Below are positions 19,092-28,550 of a stretch of 64,000 nt of DNA, piece by piece. Source of the stretch: an uncultured Spirochaetota bacterium (GTDB lineage: Bacteria > Spirochaetota > Spirochaetia > SZUA-6 > Fen-1364); NCBI GenBank assembly GCA_963734545.1, contig CAVTHO010000005.1:480001-544000 (forward strand), in the 5' to 3' direction. A program made the translations under genes and the position numbers. Below the pieces are notes generated by a model. That model was not told the origin of the DNA, did not search any database, and saw only the letters and a list, made by a program, of their open reading frames with translations. Every line of letters starts with the position of its first letter. Within the stretch, counting starts at the first letter, position 1.

Positions 19092-20603
19092 GTGGAAAAG
19101 CGATATGTCATGGCGATCGACCAGGGGACCACCGGCACCCGCGTGATCCTGTTCGACCACGAGGGAGAGGTGCATTCCAGCTCCTATCGGGAAATCCGCC
19201 AATACTATCCGAAGCCCGGATGGGTGGAGCACGACCCGCGGGAGCACTGGGACACCGTGATGGTCTGCACGAGGGAGGCCCTGGCGGAGGGCCGCGCCCG
19301 GCCCGAGGAGATCGCCGCCATTGGCATCACCTGCCAGAGGGAAACGACGATCCTGTGGGACCGAAGGACAGGGGCGCCGCTGTACAACGCCATTGTCTGG
19401 CAGTGCCGCAGGACCTCGGAGATGTGCGATGCGCTGAAGGCGGCCGGCCACGAGGCTCTCGTCCGCGAGCGAACGGGACTGTTCATCGACGCATACTTCT
19501 CGGGCACAAAGATCAAGTGGATCATCGAAAACGTGCCGGGCGTGAAGGAGAAAGTGAAGGACGGCGACGTGTGCATGGGTACCGTCGATTCGTGGATCAT
19601 CTGGAACCTTACGGCAGGGAGCTCCCACGTCACCGACTACAGCAATGCGGCGCGCACGATGCTGCTGAACACGCACACCCTGCAGTGGGACGATGAGCTG
19701 CTCGCCGCGTTCGGCGTTCCCCGATCGATCCTGCCCGAGCCCCGGCCTTCCAGCGGCATTCTTGCCGAAACCGCCCCCGGCGTTTTTCTCGGGGCGCGGG
19801 TGCCGATTGCCGGCGTGGCGGGAGACCAGAGCGCCGCCACCTTCGGACAGACCTGCTTCCGGCCGGGCATGGCCAAGAACTCGTACGGCACCGCCCTCGC
19901 GCTGATGATGAACCTCGGCGAGACAAGCGTGCTGTCCACCAACGGTCTTACCACTGATCTCCTGTGGCACGTCCACGGAAGAACGAGCTACGCCCTGGAA
20001 GGGGTCGTGTTCATCGGCGGCGCCGTTGTCCAATGGCTGCGCGACGGTCTGAAGATCATCTCCCGGGCAGAGGAGTGCAGCACGCTTGCCGCGACAGTGC
20101 CGGATACAGGCGGGGTGTACATGGTGCCCGCCTTCACCGGGCTGTGCGCTCCCTACTGGGACCAGTACGCGCGCGGGATGATCATCGGCCTCACACGGGG
20201 CAGCAGCCGGGAGCAGATCTGCCGCAGCGCGCTCGAGTCCATTGCCTATCAGGCGCGCGACTGCCTGGTGGCCATGGAAAAAGACTCCCGGCTGAAGCCC
20301 ACATCGCTGCGGGTCGACGGCGGGGCCACGAAGAGCGATTTCCTCATGCAGTTCCAGGCGGATATCCTGGGCATCCCCGTTGAACGACCCCGGGTCCAGG
20401 AGATGGCGTCCCGCGGAGCCGCCTACCTCGCCGGCCTGGGGACCGGATTCTGGCGCGACGAGGAGGAGCTTTCACGGCAATGGAAGCTCGAACGGACATT
20501 CGAGCCCGCGATCAGCGAAGATAGGCGGGAGGGTCTGTACGCGGGATGGCAGGAGGCGGTGAAACGCGCGCTGCGGTGGGAACGCCCGAAGGCCGGCGCA
20601 TAA
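19092..20603 (+). CDS. glpK: Glycerol kinase-like FGGY carbohydrate kinase
   Basis: AIDQGTTGTR, GITCQRETT, NAIVWQCRR, DAYFSGTK, TDYSNAART, AGDQ, VQWLRD, LRVDGG. Confidence 0.85.
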   Translation: MEKRYVMAIDQGTTGTRVILFDHEGEVHSSSYREIRQYYPKPGWVEHDPREHWDTVMVCTREALAEGRARPEEIAAIGITCQRETTILWDRRTGAPLYNAIVWQCRRTSEMCDALKAAGHEALVRERTGLFIDAYFSGTKIKWIIENVPGVKEKVKDGDVCMGTVDSWIIWNLTAGSSHVTDYSNAARTMLLNTHTLQWDDELLAAFGVPRSILPEPRPSSGILAETAPGVFLGARVPIAGVAGDQSAATFGQTCFRPGMAKNSYGTALALMMNLGETSVLSTNGLTTDLLWHVHGRTSYALEGVVFIGGAVVQWLRDGLKIISRAEECSTLAATVPDTGGVYMVPAFTGLCAPYWDQYARGMIIGLTRGSSREQICRSALESIAYQARDCLVAMEKDSRLKPTSLRVDGGATKSDFLMQFQADILGIPVERPRVQEMASRGAAYLAGLGTGFWRDEEELSRQWKLERTFEPAISEDRREGLYAGWQEAVKRALRWERPKAGA

Positions 20604-20620
20604 GACACGCGGAGGTTTCA

Positions 20621-22126
20621 ATGAAGGCGAAGGTCACGGTCCATGAGCAATTCCGCAGGGGAAAGGTCGACGACAGGTTCTTCGGTTCGTTCGTCGAGTA
20701 CCTCGGGCGGTCGATCTACGGCGGCATATACGACCCCGGCCATCCCACGGCGAACGCGGAGGGCTTCCGACGCGACGTGATGGATATCACCAGAGAGCTT
20801 CGCATCCCGATCATCCGTTACCCGGGGGGCAATTTCGTTTCGACCTACAATTGGGAGGATGGCATCGGCCCCGTGGAGGACAGACCGGCCCGGCTGGACC
20901 TCGCGTGGAAGGCGGTGGAGACCAACAGGGTGGGGCTCCACGAGTTTGCCCGGTGGGCGGAGGAGGTTTCCGCCGAGATCCTGATGACCGTGAACCTCGG
21001 GACCAGGGGTGTTCGGGAGGCTCTCAATCTCCTCGAGTACTGCAACCATCCACGCGGTTCGTACTGGAGCGACCTGAGGCGGAAAAACGGAAGAGAGGAG
21101 CCGTTCAATGTCAGGCACTGGTGCCTGAGCAACGAGCTCGACGGCGTCTGGCAGGTGGGTCAGAAGACCGCGGCGGAATACGGCCGGCTCGCCAACGAGA
21201 CGGCGAAAGCGATGAAGCTCCTCGACGGTTCGATCAAGGTATGCGCGTGCGGGAGCTCCTTCCGCCGGATGCCGACATTCCTGGAATGGGACCAGACAGT
21301 GCTCGACCTCTGCTACGACACGATCGACTTCCTTTCGCTGCATTCCTACCTCCGCAATGCGGAAAAGGACCCCGATACCTATCTGGCGGAATCCATGGAA
21401 ATGGATGAGATGATCGACCTGGCAGTCAAGATGTGCGACTGCGTCAAGGGCAGGAAAAAGAGCGCCCGCACCATCGACATCTCGTTCGACGAATGGAATG
21501 TGTGGCCCCGGGCCAGGGAAGACGACCGGTTCATCGACCCCTGGAGGATCGCCCCGCCGCTTCTCGAGGAGACCTATACCATGGAGGATGCGGCTGCCTT
21601 TGGCTGCATGCTCAATGTGCTCTTCCGGCATGCCGACCGGGTGAAGATTGCCTGCCTGTCGATGCTCGTGAATGTCTTCGGACCCCTCATGACCGAAAAT
21701 GGAGGGGCCCTCTGGAAGCAGACCATTTTCTACCCGTTCAGCTACGCGTCGCGCTATGGCCGGGGGGATTCGCTCGAGGTGCGTCTCGACAGCCCGAGCT
21801 ATGCGAATAGAGTTTACGGTCACGTTCCGTTTGTCGACGTGAGCGCGGTGTACAGCGAAGAGCGGGGAGAGGTCGCGCTTTTCGTGGTGAACCGCAGCCG
21901 CGGGGAGAGCGTCGAGTTGGAGACCACCCTGGCCGGATTCCAGAAGGCGAACATGGTCGAACAGGTCGTGCTGGACAGCAAAGAGCCGGGGGCGTGCAAC
22001 ACGAAGAGCTCCCCCGATGCGGTGGTGCCGCGCACGGTGAAGGGCGTCCGCATGGAAAAGGAAACCGCCCGTGTCCAGCTTCCGCCGTTGTCCTGGAACA
22101 TGCTGAGATTCACGGTCTCAAGCTGA
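20621..22126 (+). CDS. abfA: Alpha-L-arabinofuranosidase (GH51)
   Basis: IRYPGGNFVS, WCLSNELDG (acid/base), SFDEWNVW (nucleophile); GGAGG SD. Confidence 0.95.
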   Translation: MKAKVTVHEQFRRGKVDDRFFGSFVEYLGRSIYGGIYDPGHPTANAEGFRRDVMDITRELRIPIIRYPGGNFVSTYNWEDGIGPVEDRPARLDLAWKAVETNRVGLHEFARWAEEVSAEILMTVNLGTRGVREALNLLEYCNHPRGSYWSDLRRKNGREEPFNVRHWCLSNELDGVWQVGQKTAAEYGRLANETAKAMKLLDGSIKVCACGSSFRRMPTFLEWDQTVLDLCYDTIDFLSLHSYLRNAEKDPDTYLAESMEMDEMIDLAVKMCDCVKGRKKSARTIDISFDEWNVWPRAREDDRFIDPWRIAPPLLEETYTMEDAAAFGCMLNVLFRHADRVKIACLSMLVNVFGPLMTENGGALWKQTIFYPFSYASRYGRGDSLEVRLDSPSYANRVYGHVPFVDVSAVYSEERGEVALFVVNRSRGESVELETTLAGFQKANMVEQVVLDSKEPGACNTKSSPDAVVPRTVKGVRMEKETARVQLPPLSWNMLRFTVSS

Positions 22127-22175
22127 CTTCCGCCCGTGTGTCGGCGAGGTCCGCCGTGCTGCCCCTGCGCGCGGG

Positions 22176-23021
22176 TCACCGGACCAGCCGGGACAGCAGA
22201 ACCGCGGCAAGAGTCACCGCCGCGCAGCTGGCGAAGTTCACCACATCGTTATTCACGAATGCCAGGCCGCGGGCCAGACGGTTGGGCACGCCCTCATCGG
22301 TGAAGGCGCGCTCCGTCACGAGGAGCGCGGGCCGCGCGGGGTTCGCGCTGCCTGCCGTGGACACGTACTGCGCCTGAAGAGTCCCCCCCAGCAGGCTGTC
22401 GAGCAGCGAGCCGAGAAAGCCGCCGGCCGCCACGAATGCCGCGACCCGGAAGAATCCTCCCGAAAGAAGGCCGAGTGAAAGGTTCTCCGCGGCAAAGATC
22501 AGCGCGATGAAAATGGCGCCGGCGAGAGACGCACCGAATCCGGCCGCGCTCACCCCTCCCGAGATCCCGCGCGGCACGGGACGCAGGCGGGGAAGAGAGA
22601 CCGGGTCCTTGCGCGACAGCACGCCCAGCTCGCTCGCCCACGTGTCCGCGTTCGACGAGGCGAATGACACGGCAAGCCCGGCCGCCCACGCGGGATCACG
22701 GGTGAGGCCGAAGAGAATGGCCATGAGCGCTCCCATTCCCCCATTGGCAAGGACCTGAAACAGGTCCCGCCTGTCGCCTTTCTGATGCATGCTTTTCAGC
22801 GCCTCTTTCTCCACGGAGCGCACCCAGCCGAGCGCCGTGGAGGAGACGAAAAACGCCATGAGAATGAGCCAGAAGAAAGGGCTCCCCACCGCGAAGATAA
22901 TGGTCCCGAGAATGGTGCCGACAACCGCTCCTCCGGGGTCCACCGAGCCGCGCCAGAGTGCCAGCACTGAAGCAGCCGCGTTGAGGGCGAGCCCGATCGC
23001 CAGCAGAATGACCAGGCTCAC
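22176..23021 (-). CDS. DUF92/TMEM19 family membrane protein
   Basis: RDLFQVLANGG, SNADTWASELG, GISGGVS, DSLLGGTLQ, NNDVVN; GTGA overlap with the upstream gene. Confidence 0.9.
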   Translation of the reverse strand: MSLVILLAIGLALNAAASVLALWRGSVDPGGAVVGTILGTIIFAVGSPFFWLILMAFFVSSTALGWVRSVEKEALKSMHQKGDRRDLFQVLANGGMGALMAILFGLTRDPAWAAGLAVSFASSNADTWASELGVLSRKDPVSLPRLRPVPRGISGGVSAAGFGASLAGAIFIALIFAAENLSLGLLSGGFFRVAAFVAAGGFLGSLLDSLLGGTLQAQYVSTAGSANPARPALLVTERAFTDEGVPNRLARGLAFVNNDVVNFASCAAVTLAAVLLSRLVR

Positions 23022-23725
23022 GTAAAGAGCCCCGCGTAGAAAAAAGCGGTGGCGAGGGGAACGGTGATATTGTCTATTCCCAGCGGCGTCACCGCCTCCA
23101 CGACCGTGGCGGCGAATGCCGTGAGGGCAGAGACGCCGAGGGCGGCAGCCGACGCGCCGAAACGCGGGCTGAAGACCAGCGTAAAGCCCAGGGTGACTGC
23201 GAACGAGGCGATGAACATGGCTACGGTCCCGGCGACGGTCTTTCTGCCGTGCCGCCAGAGGCGGATTTCGCCCCGGATGCGCGGGCCTTCGCCGCCGCTG
23301 CGGTCCCCGAAGATGGCGGCCAACCCGTCGCCCCATCCCAGCACGAGGACCGCGAGCCCGCCGACCCACACAGGTATGACAGCTCTCCAGCAGAGGTTGA
23401 CGAGAATCAGGAGGGATATGGGAAAGTAGACGGTTCCCCAGTTGCGGGCGTCCGCCCCCTCGTCCATGGCGGGCAGAAGATGCAGCCTGATTGCCAGCGC
23501 ATTGATGACGATGAAGCTCGCGGGGCCGACAGAGGCCACCCACGGATCGTCCATCAATGCCATGGCGATGAGCCACCAGTGAGCGACCCCGATGTGGATC
23601 ACCTTGCGCGTGATGACCGGCGCGAGAATCCCGCGGCGCATGAGAATCGTCGCGATGCCGATAAAGCCGAACACGAACGCGTATGAGACGACGATTCCCA
23701 GGACGTCACGAAGTGCGGCTGACAT
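23018..23725 (-). CDS. Polyprenol/phytol kinase-like CTP-dependent membrane kinase
   Basis: TRKVIHIG, GTVYFP, LGWGDGLAAIFG, KTVAGT, GIDNITVP. Confidence 0.88.
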   Translation of the reverse strand: MSAALRDVLGIVVSYAFVFGFIGIATILMRRGILAPVITRKVIHIGVAHWWLIAMALMDDPWVASVGPASFIVINALAIRLHLLPAMDEGADARNWGTVYFPISLLILVNLCWRAVIPVWVGGLAVLVLGWGDGLAAIFGDRSGGEGPRIRGEIRLWRHGRKTVAGTVAMFIASFAVTLGFTLVFSPRFGASAAALGVSALTAFAATVVEAVTPLGIDNITVPLATAFFYAGLFT

Positions 23726-23851
23726 GGTGGTGAGTATACAGATTTGGCGGCAGGGGAGGCTATGGACCGCATGCACGACAGGCGTCCCGCGCTTGACAGC
23801 GGGCTTCCCGTTGCGTCACTCTCTCCGAGTTACCGCGGAAGGGGGCAGGGA

Positions 23852-24460
23852 ATGCAAAAGTGGCTGCGGCTGATCGTCGGCATAGGGCTCGCGGCGTGCG
23901 CGATAACGGGATGCACCACCTATCCCGCGCAGGTGACGCTCGATCCGGCCCGGTTCGAAAACAAGACCCTCCGCGTCGAATGGGCCATCGGCTCCAACTT
24001 CTTCAGGCTGAAGATCTCGAATCTGACAGATGCCTCTTTCGACCTCGATCTCGCCAACTCGGCGGTCGTTTCCGTGGACGGGGAGGCCCGTTACCTGCTG
24101 GCAGCCGGCAGGAAGGAAGTCGTCGTCATCCCGCCCCGCGCGTACATCATTGTCGCCTCTGAGCAGGGCGCCGTATTCGGAACGGACATATTCGGCCGGT
24201 TCAATGCAGAAAGCGAGGAAAAATATCCATTGCCGGGCGGCGGCATTCGCGCGGAGGACAGGACGTTCCTGAAGAGCCATGCCGGGGAGACTCTCCGGCT
24301 CTATCTTCTGGCGGAAGTGGAAGGGAAGAAGGCGGTCTTCGATATTCCCTTCAAGATCACCGGCGCATCGCGCGTGCTGCAGGGCGCGTCAGAAGACAGG
24401 AACGCGGCGGTTCCCGCCCCGCCGCCGGTGGTGAGCCCGCCTCCCCCCGCAAAGAAGTAG
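23852..24460 (+). CDS. Hypothetical lipoprotein
   Basis: Signal peptide with lipobox-like ITGC and a Pro-rich C-terminus. Confidence 0.75.
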   Translation: MQKWLRLIVGIGLAACAITGCTTYPAQVTLDPARFENKTLRVEWAIGSNFFRLKISNLTDASFDLDLANSAVVSVDGEARYLLAAGRKEVVVIPPRAYIIVASEQGAVFGTDIFGRFNAESEEKYPLPGGGIRAEDRTFLKSHAGETLRLYLLAEVEGKKAVFDIPFKITGASRVLQGASEDRNAAVPAPPPVVSPPPPAKK

Positions 24461-24529
24461 GCATCGCCTCCGCGGAAGCGCGCGTTCCCGCCTCCCGCGG
24501 GAATGTGCTATACTTCCCCCCCAAAACCC

Positions 24530-25696
24530 ATGGCAGAAATGCGCGAGCCTCTCCTCCATGCACGCCGCATCGTCATCAAGGTGGGCACTCGCGTGGCCAC
24601 AGAGGGAGACAATGCGTTCTCCGCCGAAGTGATCGGCACCCTCGTGAGGCAGATCGCCGCCTTGAGAGCCGTTTCGGGGGGGACCGAGGGGGCTCACGCG
24701 CGCTCCTTCATCATCGTGAGCTCGGGCGCCATTGCCCTGGGGCTCAACCGCATGAAGCTTTCCGCCCGTCCCAAGGAGATCAACCTCCTCCAGGCCGCGG
24801 CAGCGATGGGCCAGAGCAGGCTCATGCACGCGTACGAGCAGGAGTTCGAGGCGGTGCACACGGAAACCGCCCAGATCCTTCTCACCTACGAGGATATCAG
24901 GAGCAGGACGCGATATCTCAACATCAGGAACACGATCTTCACTCTCTGGTCATTCGGAGTGGTGCCGATCGTCAATGAGAATGACACGGTGTCATTCGCC
25001 GAGATACTGCGCTTCGGGGACAACGACATCATCTCCGCGCACCTGGCGAACATGCTCGACGCGGATCTGCTCGTCATTCTCACAGACACGGACGGCGTCT
25101 ACGACAAGGACCCCAAGGTATACGGGGATGCGCGGGTGCTGCGCACCGTCGCAAAGGTGACTGACAGCGTGCTGGCCGGCGCGGAGGGCAAGGGCTCCGC
25201 CTTCTCCACGGGCGGCATGGAATCGAAGATCAGGGCCGCGGACCTTGCGACACGGAGCGGGGTCGGAGTGGTCATTGCGCGCGGGGACGGCTGTGACCTT
25301 CCCGGCATCCTTGCCGGCAGGGAGATCGGGACCTGGTTCGTGCCCGTGCTGCGGAGAATGAAAGGCCGCAAGAAGTGGATGGCGTTCAACCCCCAGACCG
25401 AAGGCTCGATAGTCGTGGACCGGGGCGCCGAGAAGGCGATCCTGGAGCAGGGACGCTCGCTTCTTCCCGCGGGGGTGAGGGGCGTCAAGGGCGCTTTCGC
25501 CATGGGCAGCGTGATCTCCATCCTGGACGAGGAGGGCCGCGAGGTGGCCCGGGGTTTGAGCAACTTCTCCAGCGTCGAGCTGGAAAAGATCCGCGGCATG
25601 AACACGAACAGGATCCACGAGGTGCTGGGGGCGGAGGAGCACTTCGACGAGGTGGTCCACAGGGACAACCTGGTCGTGGTGGCAAAAGGAGACTGA
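24530..25696 (+). CDS. proB: Glutamate 5-kinase
   Basis: VIKVGT, VSSGAI, PIVNENDTV, FGDND, TGGMESKI, C-terminal PUA domain. Confidence 0.97.
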   Translation: MAEMREPLLHARRIVIKVGTRVATEGDNAFSAEVIGTLVRQIAALRAVSGGTEGAHARSFIIVSSGAIALGLNRMKLSARPKEINLLQAAAAMGQSRLMHAYEQEFEAVHTETAQILLTYEDIRSRTRYLNIRNTIFTLWSFGVVPIVNENDTVSFAEILRFGDNDIISAHLANMLDADLLVILTDTDGVYDKDPKVYGDARVLRTVAKVTDSVLAGAEGKGSAFSTGGMESKIRAADLATRSGVGVVIARGDGCDLPGILAGREIGTWFVPVLRRMKGRKKWMAFNPQTEGSIVVDRGAEKAILEQGRSLLPAGVRGVKGAFAMGSVISILDEEGREVARGLSNFSSVELEKIRGMNTNRIHEVLGAEEHFDEVVHRDNLVVVAKGD

Positions 25697-25697
25697 A

Positions 25698-26948
25698 ATG
25701 GCCGACGTGCAGCATTACGTAGAGACACTGGCCGCGGCGGCGAAGAAGGCGTCCGTCGGGCTTCGGACCCTCACCGCATCCACGAAGAATGCCGCCCTCA
25801 TGGCAATGGCGCAATCCCTGGACACCCGCCGGGAGCCGCTGCGTGCCGCGAACGCGCGCGACCTGGAGCGCGGAAGGAACGCCGGCCTGTCCCGTGCCAT
25901 GCTCGACAGGCTCACCATCAGCGACGCGCGCATCGACGACATGATCGTTTCTCTGAAGGAAATTGCCGCCTTCGAGGACCCGGTCGGCGAAGTCATCGGA
26001 GTGCGCAGGCCCGCAGGCTTCACCCTGGAGAAGGTGCGCACCCCCATCGGAGTCGTTGCGATCATCTACGAGTCCCGGCCGAATGTCACGCTGGATGCGG
26101 CCGCGCTGTGCCTGAAATCGGGCAACGCGTCCATCCTGCGCGGAGGAAGCGAAGCCCTCGAAACGAGCAAGGCGCTGGTGGAGTGCATCCGCCTCGGTCT
26201 CGCTTCGGCCGGGGTGGACGGGGATGCCGTGCAATACGTGGAGCGGACCGAGTACGAGGCTATCGACCTGCTGGTGACGCAGGCGGGCACGGTGGACCTG
26301 GTGATCCCGCGCGGCGGAGAAGCGCTCATCCACAGGGTGGTGGAAAAGGCCACGGTACCGGTGATCAAGCACTACAAGGGAGTCTGCCATATCTATGTCG
26401 ACGAAAGCGCGGACCTGGCAATGGCCGCGGAAATCGTGACGAACTCCAAGGTGCAGCGGCCCGGCACCTGCAATGCCCTGGAGAAGGTTCTCGTGCACGA
26501 GGCTGTCGCCCCGCGGTTTCTGCCCATGATGCGGGAGAAGATGATGAACGTGGAGCTGCGCGGTGACGAGCGCACGCGCGCCATTCTGCCGGGCACAAAG
26601 AGCGCGACGGAAGACGACTGGTACGCGGAATACCTCGACCTGGTGCTCGCCGTGAAGGTGGTGAGCGGGCTTGAAGAGGCAGTGGCCCACATCGAGACCT
26701 ACGGCTCGCGCCATACGGACGGTATCGTGTCCCGCGACGCGCAGAATATCGAGCGCTTTCTCGGCATGGTGGACTCCTCGGTGCTCACCGTCAATGCGTC
26801 CACCCGGCTGAACGATGGGGGCATTTTCGGTCTCGGCGCAGAGATCGGTATCAGCACGGACAAGCTGCACGCCCGCGGGCCCATGGGGCTGAAGGAGCTC
26901 ACCACCTACAAGTGGGTACTGCGCGGAAACGGCGATCTGCGAAAATAG
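25698..26948 (+). CDS. proA: Gamma-glutamyl phosphate reductase
   Basis: IIYESRPNVT, LRGGSEA, IPRGG, CNALE, NASTR, GAEIGISTDKLHARGPMGL. Confidence 0.97.
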   Translation: MADVQHYVETLAAAAKKASVGLRTLTASTKNAALMAMAQSLDTRREPLRAANARDLERGRNAGLSRAMLDRLTISDARIDDMIVSLKEIAAFEDPVGEVIGVRRPAGFTLEKVRTPIGVVAIIYESRPNVTLDAAALCLKSGNASILRGGSEALETSKALVECIRLGLASAGVDGDAVQYVERTEYEAIDLLVTQAGTVDLVIPRGGEALIHRVVEKATVPVIKHYKGVCHIYVDESADLAMAAEIVTNSKVQRPGTCNALEKVLVHEAVAPRFLPMMREKMMNVELRGDERTRAILPGTKSATEDDWYAEYLDLVLAVKVVSGLEEAVAHIETYGSRHTDGIVSRDAQNIERFLGMVDSSVLTVNASTRLNDGGIFGLGAEIGISTDKLHARGPMGLKELTTYKWVLRGNGDLRK

Positions 26949-26949
26949 G

Positions 26950-27027
26950 GCGCCGCGGTACTCCGAGGATTCTTAGCGCCGCGGTACGGGGTACTCCCCG
27001 AACGGGTACTCCCGTACTCCGCGGATC
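26950..27027 (-). repeat. REP-like hairpin array (2 units, one carrying a 30-nt cassette) after proA
   Basis: Minus strand GATCCGCGGAGTAC[GGGAGTACCCGTTCGGGGAGTACCCCGTAC]CGCGGCGC followed by AATCCTCGG-AGTA-CCGCGGCGC. Confidence 0.85.
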
Positions 27028-27084
27028 TACTTCGCCATTGTGCGGCTCGTTGTCCCCCGCACCGTTTGACGCTATTTTTGTTCC

Positions 27085-27909
27085 ATGGGCACCGCAAAGC
27101 CGCACAAGGAAAGTATCTCAACCAGAATGGGCAGGTCTTCCGCGCCGCAGGGGCCGCGGGGCGCCGCTTCCCGCCGCGCACTCCGCAGAACAGCGCTCCT
27201 GGCAACGGCGGCCGTGGTGGCCGTCGGAATTGCCGCGGGGATCATCGTCACCCTCCGCCCGGGCGGGAGCGGCGCCCCTGCATCGGCCGGCCCCCCCGCG
27301 GACAGGCTGAAGGAGACAGACCCGAGCCTTTCCGAGCTCGCCAGGGCCGCGGATGCGGTCGGCTTCCAACAGACCACCGGTCCCAGCGTCGGGGTGGTCG
27401 AAAACCTGCCCGTTGACACAACGCTCCTGCCGGGAAGCCCGAGCCTGCTTTCGGTCGGGGCGCTGGCGCCCGATTTCTCCCTCCAGACGCCTGCAGGCCA
27501 GCGCGTGCGGCTTTCCGACTTCAGGGGGCGGACCGTTCTCCTGGAGTTCTTCGCCACCTGGTGTCCTCATTGTCAGGCGGAGGTGCCTCACCTCATGAAG
27601 CTCCACTCCGCGCTACCGCAGGACCGCTTTGCCTTCGTGTCCGTGAACGCGGACAGCGAGGATGCGGCAAGCGTCTACGCGTTCCACCGCTGGTTCGGCA
27701 TCCCCTGGCAGACGCTCCTGGATCCCGGTACGCGCGCGGGCAATTTCTCGAAGGCCGGCAGCGCCGGACCGGTGACGGAGGCGTTCGGGGTGGCCCTCTA
27801 TCCTACTTTTTACATCATCGATGCGAAGGGGCGCATCGCGTGGCGGGGTGATCGGGAAAAGCCCGACGCTCTTCTCCTCAGAGAATTGATGCATGCCTCG
27901 GGAACATAG
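27085..27909 (+). CDS. Membrane-anchored TlpA/ResA-like thioredoxin
   Basis: N-terminal TM, APDFSLQT, FFATWCPHC, YPTFYIID. Confidence 0.88.
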   Translation: MGTAKPHKESISTRMGRSSAPQGPRGAASRRALRRTALLATAAVVAVGIAAGIIVTLRPGGSGAPASAGPPADRLKETDPSLSELARAADAVGFQQTTGPSVGVVENLPVDTTLLPGSPSLLSVGALAPDFSLQTPAGQRVRLSDFRGRTVLLEFFATWCPHCQAEVPHLMKLHSALPQDRFAFVSVNADSEDAASVYAFHRWFGIPWQTLLDPGTRAGNFSKAGSAGPVTEAFGVALYPTFYIIDAKGRIAWRGDREKPDALLLRELMHASGT

Positions 27910-28396
27910 CGCGCTCCCCCTGCTGGGACTGGCAATCCGGATTGCCGCCGCAGCCGTATGGATTGGTGCGGGAGTTGCCAAGATCCCACAGATCGAAAGC
28001 TTTCGCGAGCTGGTAGGTCGTTACGGTATTCTGCCTCCCGCATTGGCAGCACCGTTCGCATATGTGCTGCCCTTTTTCGAGATCGGGCTTGGTCTTTACC
28101 TTGCCGCGGGACTTTTTGTCCGCGGCAGCGCGCTCGTAGGATCACTTCTCTTGGTGGTCTTCCTGGCCGCGCAGGCGCAGGCGTGGGCGCGTGGCATCAC
28201 GCTGGACTGCGGATGTTTTGGCACCGCTGTCCAGACGACAGTCGGCCCTTTGACATTACTGAGAGACGTGGGGCTCGGGATACCTACCTTCCTGATGCTG
28301 GCGCTCCCCGCACGCCGCCTTTCGCTCGACCGACGACTGTTCGGCGCCGAGGATCGGTTCGGCGGTGAAATGAATCCGCCTCCGGCGGCGCAATGA
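27893..28396 (+). CDS. MauE/DoxX family membrane protein
   Basis: AGVAKI, LPFFEIGLG, GITLDCGCFG, LLRD. Confidence 0.88.
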   Translation: MPREHSALPLLGLAIRIAAAAVWIGAGVAKIPQIESFRELVGRYGILPPALAAPFAYVLPFFEIGLGLYLAAGLFVRGSALVGSLLLVVFLAAQAQAWARGITLDCGCFGTAVQTTVGPLTLLRDVGLGIPTFLMLALPARRLSLDRRLFGAEDRFGGEMNPPPAAQ

Positions 28397-28439
28397 AATC
28401 CGCCTCCGGCGGCGCAATGAAATCCGCCTCTGGCGGCAC
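28373..28439 (+). repeat. REP-like hairpin array (3 units, 24-nt period); the first unit forms the last codons and stop of the MauE gene
   Basis: AATCCGCC-TCC-GGCGGCGC at 28373 and 28397, and a variant at 28421. Confidence 0.85.
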
Positions 28440-28550
28440 GGCTGCACATTAAGATTTCTTAATTTCCGCCTTAAACCTGACCAAATAAGTAGCCAATTCC
28501 AAAAGCGATTCATTAATTTCATTCAAGGATTTTTTTGAAAGGAGAGATGA

